Source: a virus
Taxonomy: Duplodnaviria; Caudoviricetes
Virus record (IMG/VR): IMGVR_UViG_3300035698_029580
DNA length: 64,000 bases
Strand: one strand, 5' to 3'
Below, in pieces: positions 38,117-47,989 of this stretch. The notes under the pieces are model-generated. The model ran no database searches, had not been told where the DNA came from, and saw nothing but the letters and a program-made list of their open reading frames with translations. The position numbers and the translations under genes are program-made. Positions within the stretch are counted from its first letter, which is position 1. Each line of letters begins with the position of its first letter.

Positions 38117-38352
38117 TTGAAACATGTATTGTTCTTGATATGTGGTATAAACTTTATTGTCCTAAATGTAATAATATAAATTGGTTAGAAGCAGATTGTG
38201 TTGAAGAAGAACATGAAGAAAATGGTAATTTATATGACGCTTGTATATGTTGTCATTGTCAAGAAACTTTTTGGATAACAGATTTAATTAAAGAATTTGC
38301 AGAAGATATTAATGAAGCCTGTATAGGTGAAGGAAAAGAAAGTCCTTATTAA
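38113..38352 (+). CDS. Zn-ribbon protein, paralog of 51147-51380
   Basis: WYKLYCPKCNNINW...CCHC. Confidence 0.75.
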   Translation: MIETCIVLDMWYKLYCPKCNNINWLEADCVEEEHEENGNLYDACICCHCQETFWITDLIKEFAEDINEACIGEGKESPY

Positions 38353-38359
38353 TTAAATT

Positions 38360-38947
38360 ATGTTATATTACAATGATTGTCTTGTTTATTATGTAACAAA
38401 AGAGTATTTTGTTCTTCCTCCTAAATCATTAAAAAACGACATTTATTTACAAAGTTTATTTTGTCTTTTATGCGAAAGCGAATTTTATTGTTTTGATTCT
38501 TTTCTTAGTTTTACATGGTCTAATGCCCAAATATTTGATGATTATATTTTTAAGTTGTTCTCTCGTTTAAAAAAACATAATACCAAAGAATTAGATAAGA
38601 AAGTAAAAGATTGGAGTTTATCTCAACGTTCTATTAAAATTATTTCTGATTTTAAAAATTATTATGAGAAAGAATTAAAAAACATTCGTTCTATGGAAAT
38701 AATTGGTACAGTATCTTATTTGAATTCTGTTAATTGGTATAATTATTCCGACAAAGAATTTGTAAAATTCTTTTTAGATCATAAGAAACAATGTTTTTAT
38801 GACGATTCTGATATAGGCGTTTTTGAGATTAAATTGGCAAGAAAAAAAATATTAGACAGAAAAAAGAAACCAGAAAAAAAGACAGTAAATAAGCCTAAAA
38901 TAGAAAATATTAAAGGAAAAAACAGATGGGAACTGATGGATCTGTGA
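38360..38947 (+). CDS. hypothetical protein
   Basis: 195-aa ORF ending RWELMDL. Confidence 0.7.
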   Translation: MLYYNDCLVYYVTKEYFVLPPKSLKNDIYLQSLFCLLCESEFYCFDSFLSFTWSNAQIFDDYIFKLFSRLKKHNTKELDKKVKDWSLSQRSIKIISDFKNYYEKELKNIRSMEIIGTVSYLNSVNWYNYSDKEFVKFFLDHKKQCFYDDSDIGVFEIKLARKKILDRKKKPEKKTVNKPKIENIKGKNRWELMDL

Positions 38948-39165
38948 AAAAAGAACATTTTTGTCCTTCTTGTGGAAAAGGAAAAATGAGGATTATTTAT
39001 GGTACATTTAAATTTGATCCTCCACAAAATATTCCTGGAGGAACGATGACAATACCAGATGTTATGTGGGAAGAATGTGAAATATGTCATGAGATTCTTC
39101 AACCTGATACATTAAAAATAGAATTAGAAAAAGAATATAAAAAAAGAATAAACACTAAAACTTAA
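38944..39165 (+). CDS. YgiT/MqsA-type zinc finger protein
   Basis: CPSCGKG...IPDV..ECEICHE. Confidence 0.7.
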   Translation: MKKEHFCPSCGKGKMRIIYGTFKFDPPQNIPGGTMTIPDVMWEECEICHEILQPDTLKIELEKEYKKRINTKT

Positions 39166-39176
39166 AGGAGCAATTT

Positions 39177-39560
39177 GTGAAAGTAGAATTTCCAGTAAGA
39201 ACTGTAACGGTATATCAATGTGGAGATGGTAGCATAATTGAAGAACATAAGAAATCTTTTACTATAGAAAGAGATATGAAAGAGCAAAAAGAACCCGTAA
39301 ATATAGATATGGATGATGTTTTATATATAGGAGTATTTCAACTACCGTTGCCTAATGGTGGGTCTCATGATATAAAATTTAAAATACCAGCCGAAAGTAT
39401 ATCCGAAGCATTTGAGAGATTTCCGGAGGCAGTAGAGAGTGTCATGCAACAAATACAAAATCAACAGTCTGATATTGTTACAGCATCGGAACAAGATATT
39501 AATATGTTAAATTCTATGTCTGATCAAAACAGTTCTCCTGGTGGCATTATACTAAATTGA
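39177..39560 (+). CDS. hypothetical protein
   Basis: GTG start with AAGGAG RBS. Confidence 0.75.
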   Translation: MKVEFPVRTVTVYQCGDGSIIEEHKKSFTIERDMKEQKEPVNIDMDDVLYIGVFQLPLPNGGSHDIKFKIPAESISEAFERFPEAVESVMQQIQNQQSDIVTASEQDINMLNSMSDQNSSPGGIILN

Positions 39561-39919
39561 ACAAACGTAAAAGATATCTATTCGAAATTTTCCTAAAGAC
39601 TAGTGGACAATATGATTATTATAAAGAGATTCTATCATCTTGTTTATTATCTTTGTCTGCTAAACACGCTGGGATTTCAGAAGATAAGCTATTATATATA
39701 ATTCAAAGATTTGATGTTGAATTTTTATGTGAAGAAATTTTTGATGTATATAACAGTATTTTTTCAACTGAAGAAATTGAAAAATTAATTGATTTTTACA
39801 ATGGGAAAATAGGTAAAAAATTGGTATCTAAATCTTTTGTAAAACAATCTTCTGGAGTATTAAAAAATATTATAGATAAGATAGAGAAAGAAATGACAAT
39901 CTATGAAAGAGAATTATAA
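39557..39919 (+). CDS. DUF2059-like helical protein
   Basis: Y..FSTEEIEKLIDFY...GKKL. Confidence 0.7.
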   Translation: MNKRKRYLFEIFLKTSGQYDYYKEILSSCLLSLSAKHAGISEDKLLYIIQRFDVEFLCEEIFDVYNSIFSTEEIEKLIDFYNGKIGKKLVSKSFVKQSSGVLKNIIDKIEKEMTIYEREL

Positions 39920-40460
39920 GTTTAAATACGATAAAAAATATTATTACAATTTTTTTTATACTCATTCTCACACAGCAAAATTAATATCTGATATTAGGTG
40001 GAATTTTATTTCTTATTTAAAACCTAAAATAGTTTTGGACTATGGAGCGGGATGTGGTTTTTTAAGTAAATATGCACCAAGTGATATAGTTATGGATTCT
40101 TATGATATAGGTATGTTAAATGGAGAATCCTATCCTCAGACAGGTATACTTCATGATAAGTATGATTTAATATTTTGTAATGATGTATTAGAGCACGTTG
40201 ATTGGGAGAGTGAACCAGATAAAAAAATGGAAGAGATGTTTTTAAAGACAAAATATATTTGTGCTAGTGTACCAATTATAGCAGAAGATAAGAAATTAGA
40301 AGAATGGAAACATTATAAACCTGGAGAACATCTTACCAATTTTGATTATAAAACAATAATTAGTTTTTTTGTATCACGTGGATTTTCCGTAATTAAATGG
40401 GGTTTTCCAGAATGTCCTCCGAGAGAAGATGTTGCCACAATAATTGTTGAGAATAAATGA
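39903..40460 (+). CDS. class I SAM-dependent methyltransferase
   Basis: VLDYGAGCG, DVLEHV, EHL. Confidence 0.85.
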   Translation: MKENYKFKYDKKYYYNFFYTHSHTAKLISDIRWNFISYLKPKIVLDYGAGCGFLSKYAPSDIVMDSYDIGMLNGESYPQTGILHDKYDLIFCNDVLEHVDWESEPDKKMEEMFLKTKYICASVPIIAEDKKLEEWKHYKPGEHLTNFDYKTIISFFVSRGFSVIKWGFPECPPREDVATIIVENK

Positions 40461-41410
40461 AATTAATACCTCATCATACTCCTTTTCAGGAAAAATTATT
40501 ATATCCTCAAGAAATAAGGAGAATAATCTTAAAACAGAAAAATTCTCCTGGGGATATTTTAACTTTTACAAGGGCTTTAGCAGATTTAAAATTAACTTTT
40601 CCAGAATGGGAAATTGATGTTAGAAGTCCCTGTCCAGAGATATTTGAAAATAATCCTCATCTTACTCCTTTAGATGAAAAGGATCCAAACGTAGAAATAC
40701 ATGAAATTGGATATTCAGATATAAATCAAAGTGGGTGGAGTGGTTTACATTATACAGATGCTTTTAGAAATGATATGGAGAAGAAATTAGGGGTAAAAAT
40801 AAATAAAACAGGAATTAAACCTGAGCTTTATATATCTGATTTAGAAAAGGGTTGGATAAATCATGTAGAGTGTGAATTTGGATGGAAGGGAAAATTTTGG
40901 CTTTTAAATGCTGGAAGAAAAGCAGATAATGAGTTAAAATTTTATGATGGATGGCAACAAGTAGTTAATCTTTTAAATAATTATTTTGAAGATCAGGTAA
41001 AAATTGTACAGATAGGACATAAAAATCATATACATCCTAAATTAGATGGAGTATTAAATTTAGTAGGTAAGACTGATTTAAGACAATTAATAAGATTATG
41101 TTATTGGTCTGAGGGAACAATGGGTCCTTTGTCTTTTCAATTTGTTATGGCTGCTGCATTCGAAAAGCCTGGGGTGGTAGTAGCTGGAGGCAAAGAAGGA
41201 GTTCGATGGCACATATATCCTCACATACGTCATTTATGTGTTAATGGTGCTATTGATTGTTGTAAGTGGGATGGATGTTGGTTAGGTGGAGAGAAGGGAC
41301 AATGTAAGCATTTAATTGATGGTGTTCCTCTTTGTTTTAGTATGATTGAACCATATATGATAGCAGATGCAGTAAAAATGTATTATGAAGGTGGAGTGTT
41401 AGAGAAATGA
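40457..41410 (+). CDS. glycosyltransferase family 9-like protein
   Basis: PGDIL, IFENNP, NLVGKTDLRQL, AAAFEKP. Confidence 0.85.
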   Translation: MKLIPHHTPFQEKLLYPQEIRRIILKQKNSPGDILTFTRALADLKLTFPEWEIDVRSPCPEIFENNPHLTPLDEKDPNVEIHEIGYSDINQSGWSGLHYTDAFRNDMEKKLGVKINKTGIKPELYISDLEKGWINHVECEFGWKGKFWLLNAGRKADNELKFYDGWQQVVNLLNNYFEDQVKIVQIGHKNHIHPKLDGVLNLVGKTDLRQLIRLCYWSEGTMGPLSFQFVMAAAFEKPGVVVAGGKEGVRWHIYPHIRHLCVNGAIDCCKWDGCWLGGEKGQCKHLIDGVPLCFSMIEPYMIADAVKMYYEGGVLEK

Positions 41411-41952
41411 TTTATACTTTTATACCATATGCCCCTGATAAAACACATGATTTAGGCTCTACTTATAATCATTATATGACATTAATAAAAGAAGATGATT
41501 GGGCATGTTTTGTTGATCATGATGCAATGTTTACTACTTCTTCTTGGTATGAACAACTTGAAGATATTGTAAGCTCAACTAAATATGGTTTATTAACAAC
41601 TATAACAAATAGAATTTTACATTCTTATCAACAAGTACCAGGTATTTCTAGATATAAACGTAATCATGATATTCAGTTACATAGACAAATAGGTAAAATG
41701 AGGCAGGAAAAATATGGAAATCAAATACAAGAATCTCCAGGAGCCATTGGAGGAGTTGTACTTTTAATTAGGAAAAAAGTATGGCAAGAAGTAGGCGGGT
41801 TTAGAATTCATAAATTATATACTGTAGATAAGGATTTTTGTGGTAGAATTTTAAAAAACGGTTATAAAATAGGTATAATGCTGGGAGTATATATTTACCA
41901 TTGGAGGAGAGCGGCTTTAAATGATTCCTATAGCCTTGAGAAACTACAATAG
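41407..41952 (+). CDS. GT-A (GT2-like) glycosyltransferase
   Basis: FVDHD, VWQEVGGF, D.DF, YIYH. Confidence 0.8.
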   Translation: MIYTFIPYAPDKTHDLGSTYNHYMTLIKEDDWACFVDHDAMFTTSSWYEQLEDIVSSTKYGLLTTITNRILHSYQQVPGISRYKRNHDIQLHRQIGKMRQEKYGNQIQESPGAIGGVVLLIRKKVWQEVGGFRIHKLYTVDKDFCGRILKNGYKIGIMLGVYIYHWRRAALNDSYSLEKLQ

Positions 41953-42739
41953 ACCTGTTTATTTAGATTTAAACTTGAGAAGTATTTTGGCATCTAATTT
42001 GCCAAATAATACAGATATAATTATAACAGATGACTGTTCCACAGATGAAATTTCACAAAGATATTTAAATACAAATGATATTATTCAATTAAATGAACCA
42101 TATAAATTCCCTAATGATGACTTATGGAACCGTGTTGTTGGAGAAATAGAACCAATTAAAAATTTAAAAGGTATTAAAAATAAATTTTCTGTATTGTTTC
42201 CAAAATCACATTTAGGATCAAGAGGCGGTCTTTTTTGGCTTTTAAAAAATCTTTTTGAAACATATGACTCGGAATATGTTCATATTTTTGAAGGGGATTC
42301 TCTTGTTAACAAGGAATGGTTTGCAAAAGCACATTACGTTTATGAATCAATAAAAGATTTAGAAGGTCCTAATGGAGATAAACTTGGACTTATTTCTATG
42401 TATGATAGGAAAGGAGGATTTGCAGAAAAGACTTATTGCTGGAGAAGTGTTTCTCTTAGAAAAAGTGGTAATTGGAATTGTGGTAATGCTATTGGATCGG
42501 TTCATCTTTTGGTTACTAGAAAATTATATAATGCCATGACTAAAGAAGTTAATATGGTAATACATCCAAGTAAAAGGTCTGCTGATGGAGCTATTTTAGG
42601 AGATTGTGGTAAATACAACTTTAATATAGCAACAACTTGCCCGTCTTGTTGTCAACATATAGGTTATGAAAGTATAGCTTGGAAAGGACAAAAGGGTTGG
42701 AGGTTTTGTAAAAATTTTCTTAAACCTTATAGTTTATGA
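41921..42739 (+). CDS. GT2-like glycosyltransferase
   Basis: YNRP.YL, ITDDCSTD, FEGD, QHIG. Confidence 0.8.
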   Translation: MIPIALRNYNRPVYLDLNLRSILASNLPNNTDIIITDDCSTDEISQRYLNTNDIIQLNEPYKFPNDDLWNRVVGEIEPIKNLKGIKNKFSVLFPKSHLGSRGGLFWLLKNLFETYDSEYVHIFEGDSLVNKEWFAKAHYVYESIKDLEGPNGDKLGLISMYDRKGGFAEKTYCWRSVSLRKSGNWNCGNAIGSVHLLVTRKLYNAMTKEVNMVIHPSKRSADGAILGDCGKYNFNIATTCPSCCQHIGYESIAWKGQKGWRFCKNFLKPYSL

Positions 42740-43485
42740 ATAATGAAACAGATTATTTATCAGACAGTCGTAAAATAAGAAAAAAATATTCACATTTTCT
42801 TAAAGGTAAAAAGGTAGTTATTATATGTAATTCTCCTCATGTAGTTGGTACAAATGAAGGAAAGAAAATAGAACAATATGATGTGGTAGTAAGATTAAAT
42901 GGTGGTTATATTATAGTTACAGATAAATATAGAAAAGATGTCGGGAGAAGAACGGATATTTTATACTCTGGGTTACATTCTTCAACTGATCTTTATAGCC
43001 AAGATAGTTTAGAATATTTAATAAAAAAAGGCAAATGTAAATGGATGTCAGTTACTGCTCCTTTAGTAACGAGAATAAAAAAATGGCAAAGAAATAACAA
43101 AGAAAGATTACCTTTACATATTATAAACTTAGACACCAGATTATTATTAAATAAAAAAATGAAATTGGGGAAAAAGAGTCCTACTTCAGGAATTACATCT
43201 TTATATGATTTACTTACTTTTGATATTAAAAAACTCTATGTTAAGGGCTTTACATTCTACCGAGATATTCCTAAACATATATATTCTGGGTATATAAAAG
43301 GAAAGCATTATGTAGATTGTTTAGTTGACAGTAATGCTTATTCCTTTCCTAGAAGTCATTCTCCCGTAAGAGAGTTTCATTTTTTTAGAAAGATTTGCGA
43401 AAAAGATAAAAGAGTTGTTTGCGATGATGTTTTAGGGCAATTATTACTATATTACAAAGACGAAAAGTGTGATGTTGAAATTTGA
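42736..43485 (+). CDS. GT29 sialyltransferase-like protein
   Basis: sialylmotif L-like (VVIICNS...GKKIEQYDVVVRLN...DVGRRT), S-like (PTSG...GF) and VS-like (HSPVRE). Confidence 0.75.
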   Translation: MNNETDYLSDSRKIRKKYSHFLKGKKVVIICNSPHVVGTNEGKKIEQYDVVVRLNGGYIIVTDKYRKDVGRRTDILYSGLHSSTDLYSQDSLEYLIKKGKCKWMSVTAPLVTRIKKWQRNNKERLPLHIINLDTRLLLNKKMKLGKKSPTSGITSLYDLLTFDIKKLYVKGFTFYRDIPKHIYSGYIKGKHYVDCLVDSNAYSFPRSHSPVREFHFFRKICEKDKRVVCDDVLGQLLLYYKDEKCDVEI

Positions 43486-44083
43486 TATAGATGTAAGAAA
43501 AATAAGACATAGAACACATATTATCAACTATTTTATAAATAAATACTTATATCAATCATATTTAGAAATTGGAGTATCTAATCCTAAAGCAAACTTTAAT
43601 CAAATAAATTGCAAACTTAAAGAAGGGATAGATCCAAAAGGTAAATGTATATTTCCAATGACATCTGATGATTTTTTTGCCTTGTTACCTAAAGAAAAAA
43701 AATATGATATAATTTTCATAGATGGATTGCATTTAGAAGAACAAGTGTTGAAAGATGTTTATAATTCTTTGTGCCATTTAAATGAGATGGGAACAATTTT
43801 ACTTCATGACTGCAATCCTAATTCTAAAGAACTTCAAGAAGAAATACCTGTTATAAAATCATGGTGTGGCACAGTATGGAAAGCTTTTGCTAAATTAAGA
43901 ATGACAAGAAAAGATTTGCATATGTTTGTGATTGATACTGATTATGGAATAGGTATTATAAGAAGAGGAAAACAAAAGTTGATTAAAAAAATGTCTGATG
44001 ATGATTTAAATTATAGATTTTTAAATATAAATAGAAGACATGTTTTGAATTTAATATCTGTACAAGAATTTTTAAAAGGATGA
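43469..44083 (+). CDS. class I SAM methyltransferase (Methyltransf_24-like)
   Basis: YLEIGV, DIIFIDGLH, LLHDCNP, GTVWK. Confidence 0.85.
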   Translation: MMLKFDIDVRKIRHRTHIINYFINKYLYQSYLEIGVSNPKANFNQINCKLKEGIDPKGKCIFPMTSDDFFALLPKEKKYDIIFIDGLHLEEQVLKDVYNSLCHLNEMGTILLHDCNPNSKELQEEIPVIKSWCGTVWKAFAKLRMTRKDLHMFVIDTDYGIGIIRRGKQKLIKKMSDDDLNYRFLNINRRHVLNLISVQEFLKG

Positions 44084-44094
44084 TATAAAACAAA

Positions 44095-45081
44095 ATGAAA
44101 AATAATTATGCCATTTTTGTTTCTTCTAATAACCAATATCTATCATTTCTAAATACTTTATTAAATAGCTTAGATATTAATAATATTGATGTAGATGTTT
44201 TTCTGATCCATAATGATATTAATCAAGATTATCTTTCTTCTCTTGCAAAATTTAATTTTCCAATTAATATAATTCCTATAGAAAGATCTGATTTTAATAT
44301 TGATCCATCTAATGAACATAATAATAACCTTTATCTGAAACAAACTAGGTTCAAATATATACGAGAGTATGGAACATTATATAAAGCCATTTGCATGTTG
44401 GACGCAGATATGTTTGTTACAACTCCTAATTTTATGAATTTGTTTCATTTGGTTGAAAATACAAATCTAATGATCGGATGTAATGAAAGATTTAAATGGA
44501 CCTTTGATGAGAGATTTACTTTTGAAGAAAAATCTTTATTTACCAATTCTATAAAAGCTTATAAATTTCATTGTTCTGTGCCTATTATATTTGATTTAAA
44601 TAAGTGGTTAGATGTTTTTGATTTTTATAATAAAATTGCATTTAACACATTTGAGAAAAAAAGAGATGGAGAAATAAAATCAGCAGGAGATATCTATTGT
44701 TGGAATATGTCTGTATATAAAAATAATAGACAAGATGATATAATTTTATTTCCTATGGAAACTATGACACAAGTTCATTATACTAATCTTTTTCCTTGGA
44801 GTAATATTAAGAAGATTAATGATAAATGGTGGACTGCTAATGGAGATGAAGTATTTACTATTCATGGACGAGTGGGAAGAAAAGCATGGTATGATGGACA
44901 TTTAAATAATTTAGAAAAAAATAAAGAAAAATATTCTGAAAAATATTTTAATCAAATAAAAAATATTGCAATTAATACTATGAGATCAATTCAAAGAGAA
45001 TGGTATTATTTAAATTTTTCTCATAAATTAAATCTTTATAATTTCTTGCCCGTTGATGATTATTGGGAAACACTTAAATAA
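44095..45081 (+). CDS. GT8-like glycosyltransferase
   Basis: L..LLNSL, R, MLDADM (DxD), IH. Confidence 0.7.
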   Translation: MKNNYAIFVSSNNQYLSFLNTLLNSLDINNIDVDVFLIHNDINQDYLSSLAKFNFPINIIPIERSDFNIDPSNEHNNNLYLKQTRFKYIREYGTLYKAICMLDADMFVTTPNFMNLFHLVENTNLMIGCNERFKWTFDERFTFEEKSLFTNSIKAYKFHCSVPIIFDLNKWLDVFDFYNKIAFNTFEKKRDGEIKSAGDIYCWNMSVYKNNRQDDIILFPMETMTQVHYTNLFPWSNIKKINDKWWTANGDEVFTIHGRVGRKAWYDGHLNNLEKNKEKYSEKYFNQIKNIAINTMRSIQREWYYLNFSHKLNLYNFLPVDDYWETLK

Positions 45082-45090
45082 GTTCTGAAA

Positions 45091-45123
45091 TTTTCCAGCA
45101 TTATATATTTCCCCATATATAGT
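45091..45123 (+). promoter_or_regulatory. dispersed copy of the TTTTCCAGCATTA early promoter heading the 45-55.8 kb operon
   Basis: exact 13-mer plus TATAGT. Confidence 0.75.
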
Positions 45124-45252
45124 TAGTTGGAAAGGCTTAAATATGGTTTTTTATTGTAAAAAACGGGTTTTTCTGATTTTTAGAAGGAATATTTCCTTGT
45201 TGTTTGGGAAAAATTCGGTATAATGTGATTATTTCACAGAAGGAGTAAAACA

Positions 45253-46059
45253 ATGAGTCAGAGAGTAGAACTACTGGTAATCGACCCTCAGACGGATTTT
45301 TGTGATCCAGACAAGGGGTCTTTGTATGTCAAGGGAGCAGAAGAAGACATGCAGAGATTAGCAAAATTGGTTGATTTAAGAGGTAATAAATTTAAGGAAA
45401 TACATGTTACCTTGGATTGTCATAATTCTGTAGATGTAGCTCATCCTTGTTTTTGGGTTGATAGTAAGGGTTCTAATCCCGCTCCATTTACAATTATTTC
45501 AGCTAATGATGTAAAAGATGGAAAATGGATACCTGTCTTTCCCCAGTATAGGGAGAGAATGGTACAGTATGTAGAAGGACTGGAAAATAGTGGTAGGTAT
45601 CCTCTATGTGTTTGGCCGCCGCACTGTCTGATTGGTAGTGTTGGTAATGCAGTATATCCTCCTTTGTATGAATCTCTTTTGAAGTGGGAGAGTCTTAGAC
45701 CGTGGAATGTAAGATATGTCAGTAAGGGTTCTAATCCTTTTACTGAACATTATTCTGCTGTTAAAGCTGAGGTACCTGATACTGCTGATGCTTCTACTCA
45801 ACTTAATGTTGATTTTATTAATACTTTGATGAAAGCTGATGTAGTAGCAATTGCTGGAGAAGCCGGGAGTCATTGTTTGGCGAATACGGTTCGTGATATC
45901 GCCTCGGGATTCGGAGATGATAGTGCTATTAGCAAATTAGTTCTTCTTGAAGATGCCACATCTCCTGTTTCTGGTTTTGAGCAATTTCAGATTGATTTTA
46001 TTAAAGAAATGAAGGCCAAAGGTATGAAAACTTCAACTACTGTAGATTTTTTGGCATAA
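45253..46059 (+). CDS. pncA: nicotinamidase (isochorismatase/cysteine hydrolase family)
   Basis: IDPQTDF, TLDCH, WPPHC, KG..EHYS and GEAGSHC catalytic motifs. Confidence 0.8.
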   Translation: MSQRVELLVIDPQTDFCDPDKGSLYVKGAEEDMQRLAKLVDLRGNKFKEIHVTLDCHNSVDVAHPCFWVDSKGSNPAPFTIISANDVKDGKWIPVFPQYRERMVQYVEGLENSGRYPLCVWPPHCLIGSVGNAVYPPLYESLLKWESLRPWNVRYVSKGSNPFTEHYSAVKAEVPDTADASTQLNVDFINTLMKADVVAIAGEAGSHCLANTVRDIASGFGDDSAISKLVLLEDATSPVSGFEQFQIDFIKEMKAKGMKTSTTVDFLA

Positions 46060-46078
46060 GCTGAAGAAAGGATAAAAA

Positions 46079-46831
46079 ATGAACTCTAAAAATTTGCAAA
46101 GTAATAATTTGGAATCTCATTCTCTTTCTACTGGTAGTTTTGGCTATTCAGCAGCAGGATTAGAAGATTTGGGAGCCACAGAATATACCTTGGTTACTAT
46201 TGTGGTAGACACAAGTGGTTCTGTTGCATTTTTCAAAAAAGATATGGAAAAGGCTATTATGGAAGTAGTTAGTTCATGTAAATACTCCAAACGTTCAGAT
46301 AACTTAATGATTCGTTTTGTTACGTTTCATAATGATATGACGGAGGAACATGGATTTAAATTACTTTCAGATTGTGATGCTTCTAATTATGATGATTGTC
46401 TTATGGTAGGAGGATCAACAGCATTGTTTGATGCTTCTCAAAATAGCATTGAAGCCACAAGAGATTATGGTAAAAAACTTGTTGATAATGATTTTGATGT
46501 GAATGGTATTATTTTCATCATCACAGATGGAGATGATAATTCTTCTACTATGACTGCTGATGGAGTAAAGAAAAGTTTAGCAGAAGTTTTAAGAACTGAA
46601 GCTCTTGAATCTTTGATGACAATTTTAATTGGTGTCGGAGTTGGAGGATACCCTGGAATTCAAAAGTATTTGAATGATTTTCAAAAAGATGCTGGTTTAA
46701 CTCAATATGTCAACATCAAAGATGCTGATGAAAAATCATTAGCTAAATTAGCTCAATTTATTTCTAAATCAATTTCGTCTCAATCTAATGCTTTGGGTAG
46801 TGGCGGAGAGAGTCAACCTTTGACATTTTAA
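46079..46831 (+). CDS. von Willebrand factor A (TerY-like) protein
   Basis: MIDAS DTSGS, GSTALFDA, IITDGDDN. Confidence 0.9.
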   Translation: MNSKNLQSNNLESHSLSTGSFGYSAAGLEDLGATEYTLVTIVVDTSGSVAFFKKDMEKAIMEVVSSCKYSKRSDNLMIRFVTFHNDMTEEHGFKLLSDCDASNYDDCLMVGGSTALFDASQNSIEATRDYGKKLVDNDFDVNGIIFIITDGDDNSSTMTADGVKKSLAEVLRTEALESLMTILIGVGVGGYPGIQKYLNDFQKDAGLTQYVNIKDADEKSLAKLAQFISKSISSQSNALGSGGESQPLTF

Positions 46832-46837
46832 AAGAGA

Positions 46838-46996
46838 AGTCTTGTGGCGGAAGGGTAGACGCAGGGTGATTAGCCAGTCACCTGTTACAGTGAAGCGTTG
46901 TAGCATCGACATGCATGGCAGATATAGTTTGGCTGATTTTTATCTGTTCTGGTGCTATTCGGTAGTAGCGTGCAGGTTCGAGTCCTGCCAAGGCTT
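46838..46996 (+). tRNA. tRNA-Leu-like RNA with the anticodon arm replaced by a multi-hairpin insert of about 90 nt
   Basis: acceptor AGTCTTG/CAAGGCT, D-arm GCG-GAAGGGTAGA-CGC, long variable arm GCTATT/AGTAGC, T-arm GCAGG-TTCGAGT-CCTGC. Confidence 0.75.
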
Positions 46997-47045
46997 ATTA
47001 AATAATGTAAACTATTAATATTATATTTTGTAGAAAGGTAATAAC

Positions 47046-47957
47046 ATGTTATTTTCTACTGACTGTGCATTTAGAATTGGTTCTACTCATAAAATTTGTC
47101 AAGATTATGGTATATCTGGTACGGTTTGTGATACAGCATATGCCATAATTGCTGATGGTTGTTCTGGTTCAGATCTTTCTGAATTTGGTTCTAAATTATT
47201 GTGCAAAGCAATAGAAAATGAAATTGTAGAAGATGAGTTTCAAAATTTTACTTCTAATAACAGTGGTTATAGAATAAATTCTGAGATTAGTCTTAGCAAG
47301 GTTTTTACTACTCTTTTTGATATAGGTAATAAATTAAAAATGCCTGACTATTGGCTAGATGCAACTTTAGCCTATGCAGTTGCAAAAAAAGGTGTGGCAC
47401 AAATATATCTTTATGGAGATGGGGTTATAGTTAGGGAATGGCCTGATGGAACATTTACTGTAACTAGTGTTGAGTTTCCTTCAGGCTACCCATTTTTTCT
47501 TAATTATATAACAACATCTAATAGAAAGAGATTTGAAAAGTGGAAATCTATTCCTAATCACAAAAAAGTGGTACTTACTTATCATTTAGATAAAAAGGGA
47601 AATTTAGAAGATACAGAAGAAAAATATTATGATTTATCTTCATGTGATAACGAAAAAGATTTACCATTTGAAATGTCAATATTAGATTTTGAGAACTCAA
47701 AATTGGCATTATTTACAGATGGGATAAAAAGTTTTTTTAGAATAGCACAAACAGATACATCAAAAGTAAATGTACCAGTTTCAATGCTTGATATTATTCC
47801 TTCTTTAATGAAAATTAAAAGTTTTCAAGGACAATTCGTTAATAGGCGTTTAAACAAATTTTTACAAAAAGAAGATGTTTTACATTTTGATGATGTTACA
47901 ATGGCTGTAATTAAGATGGAAGAAAATCTATTACATTTTAATGATGTTGTAGATTAA
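47046..47957 (+). CDS. PP2C-family protein phosphatase
   Basis: G.TH..CQD, IADGCSGS, ATL, GDG, FTDG, DDVT. Confidence 0.9.
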   Translation: MLFSTDCAFRIGSTHKICQDYGISGTVCDTAYAIIADGCSGSDLSEFGSKLLCKAIENEIVEDEFQNFTSNNSGYRINSEISLSKVFTTLFDIGNKLKMPDYWLDATLAYAVAKKGVAQIYLYGDGVIVREWPDGTFTVTSVEFPSGYPFFLNYITTSNRKRFEKWKSIPNHKKVVLTYHLDKKGNLEDTEEKYYDLSSCDNEKDLPFEMSILDFENSKLALFTDGIKSFFRIAQTDTSKVNVPVSMLDIIPSLMKIKSFQGQFVNRRLNKFLQKEDVLHFDDVTMAVIKMEENLLHFNDVVD

Positions 47958-47989
47958 TGATGTTATGATGATTTTAATAAAGATGGAAG

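Noticed and set aside
38944-39165. Toxin-antitoxin module around the MqsA-like zinc finger
   Set aside because: No HTH domain and no recognisable adjacent toxin.
46838-46996. tmRNA, tRNA-Sec or group I intron-containing tRNA
   Set aside because: It has a D-stem and no tag ORF, no UCA anticodon arm, and an insert far too short for a group I core.
47875-47975. Short repeat TTACATTTT(G/A)ATGATGTT at the end of the PP2C gene
   Set aside because: A local micro-duplication extending the C-terminus, with no sign of function.
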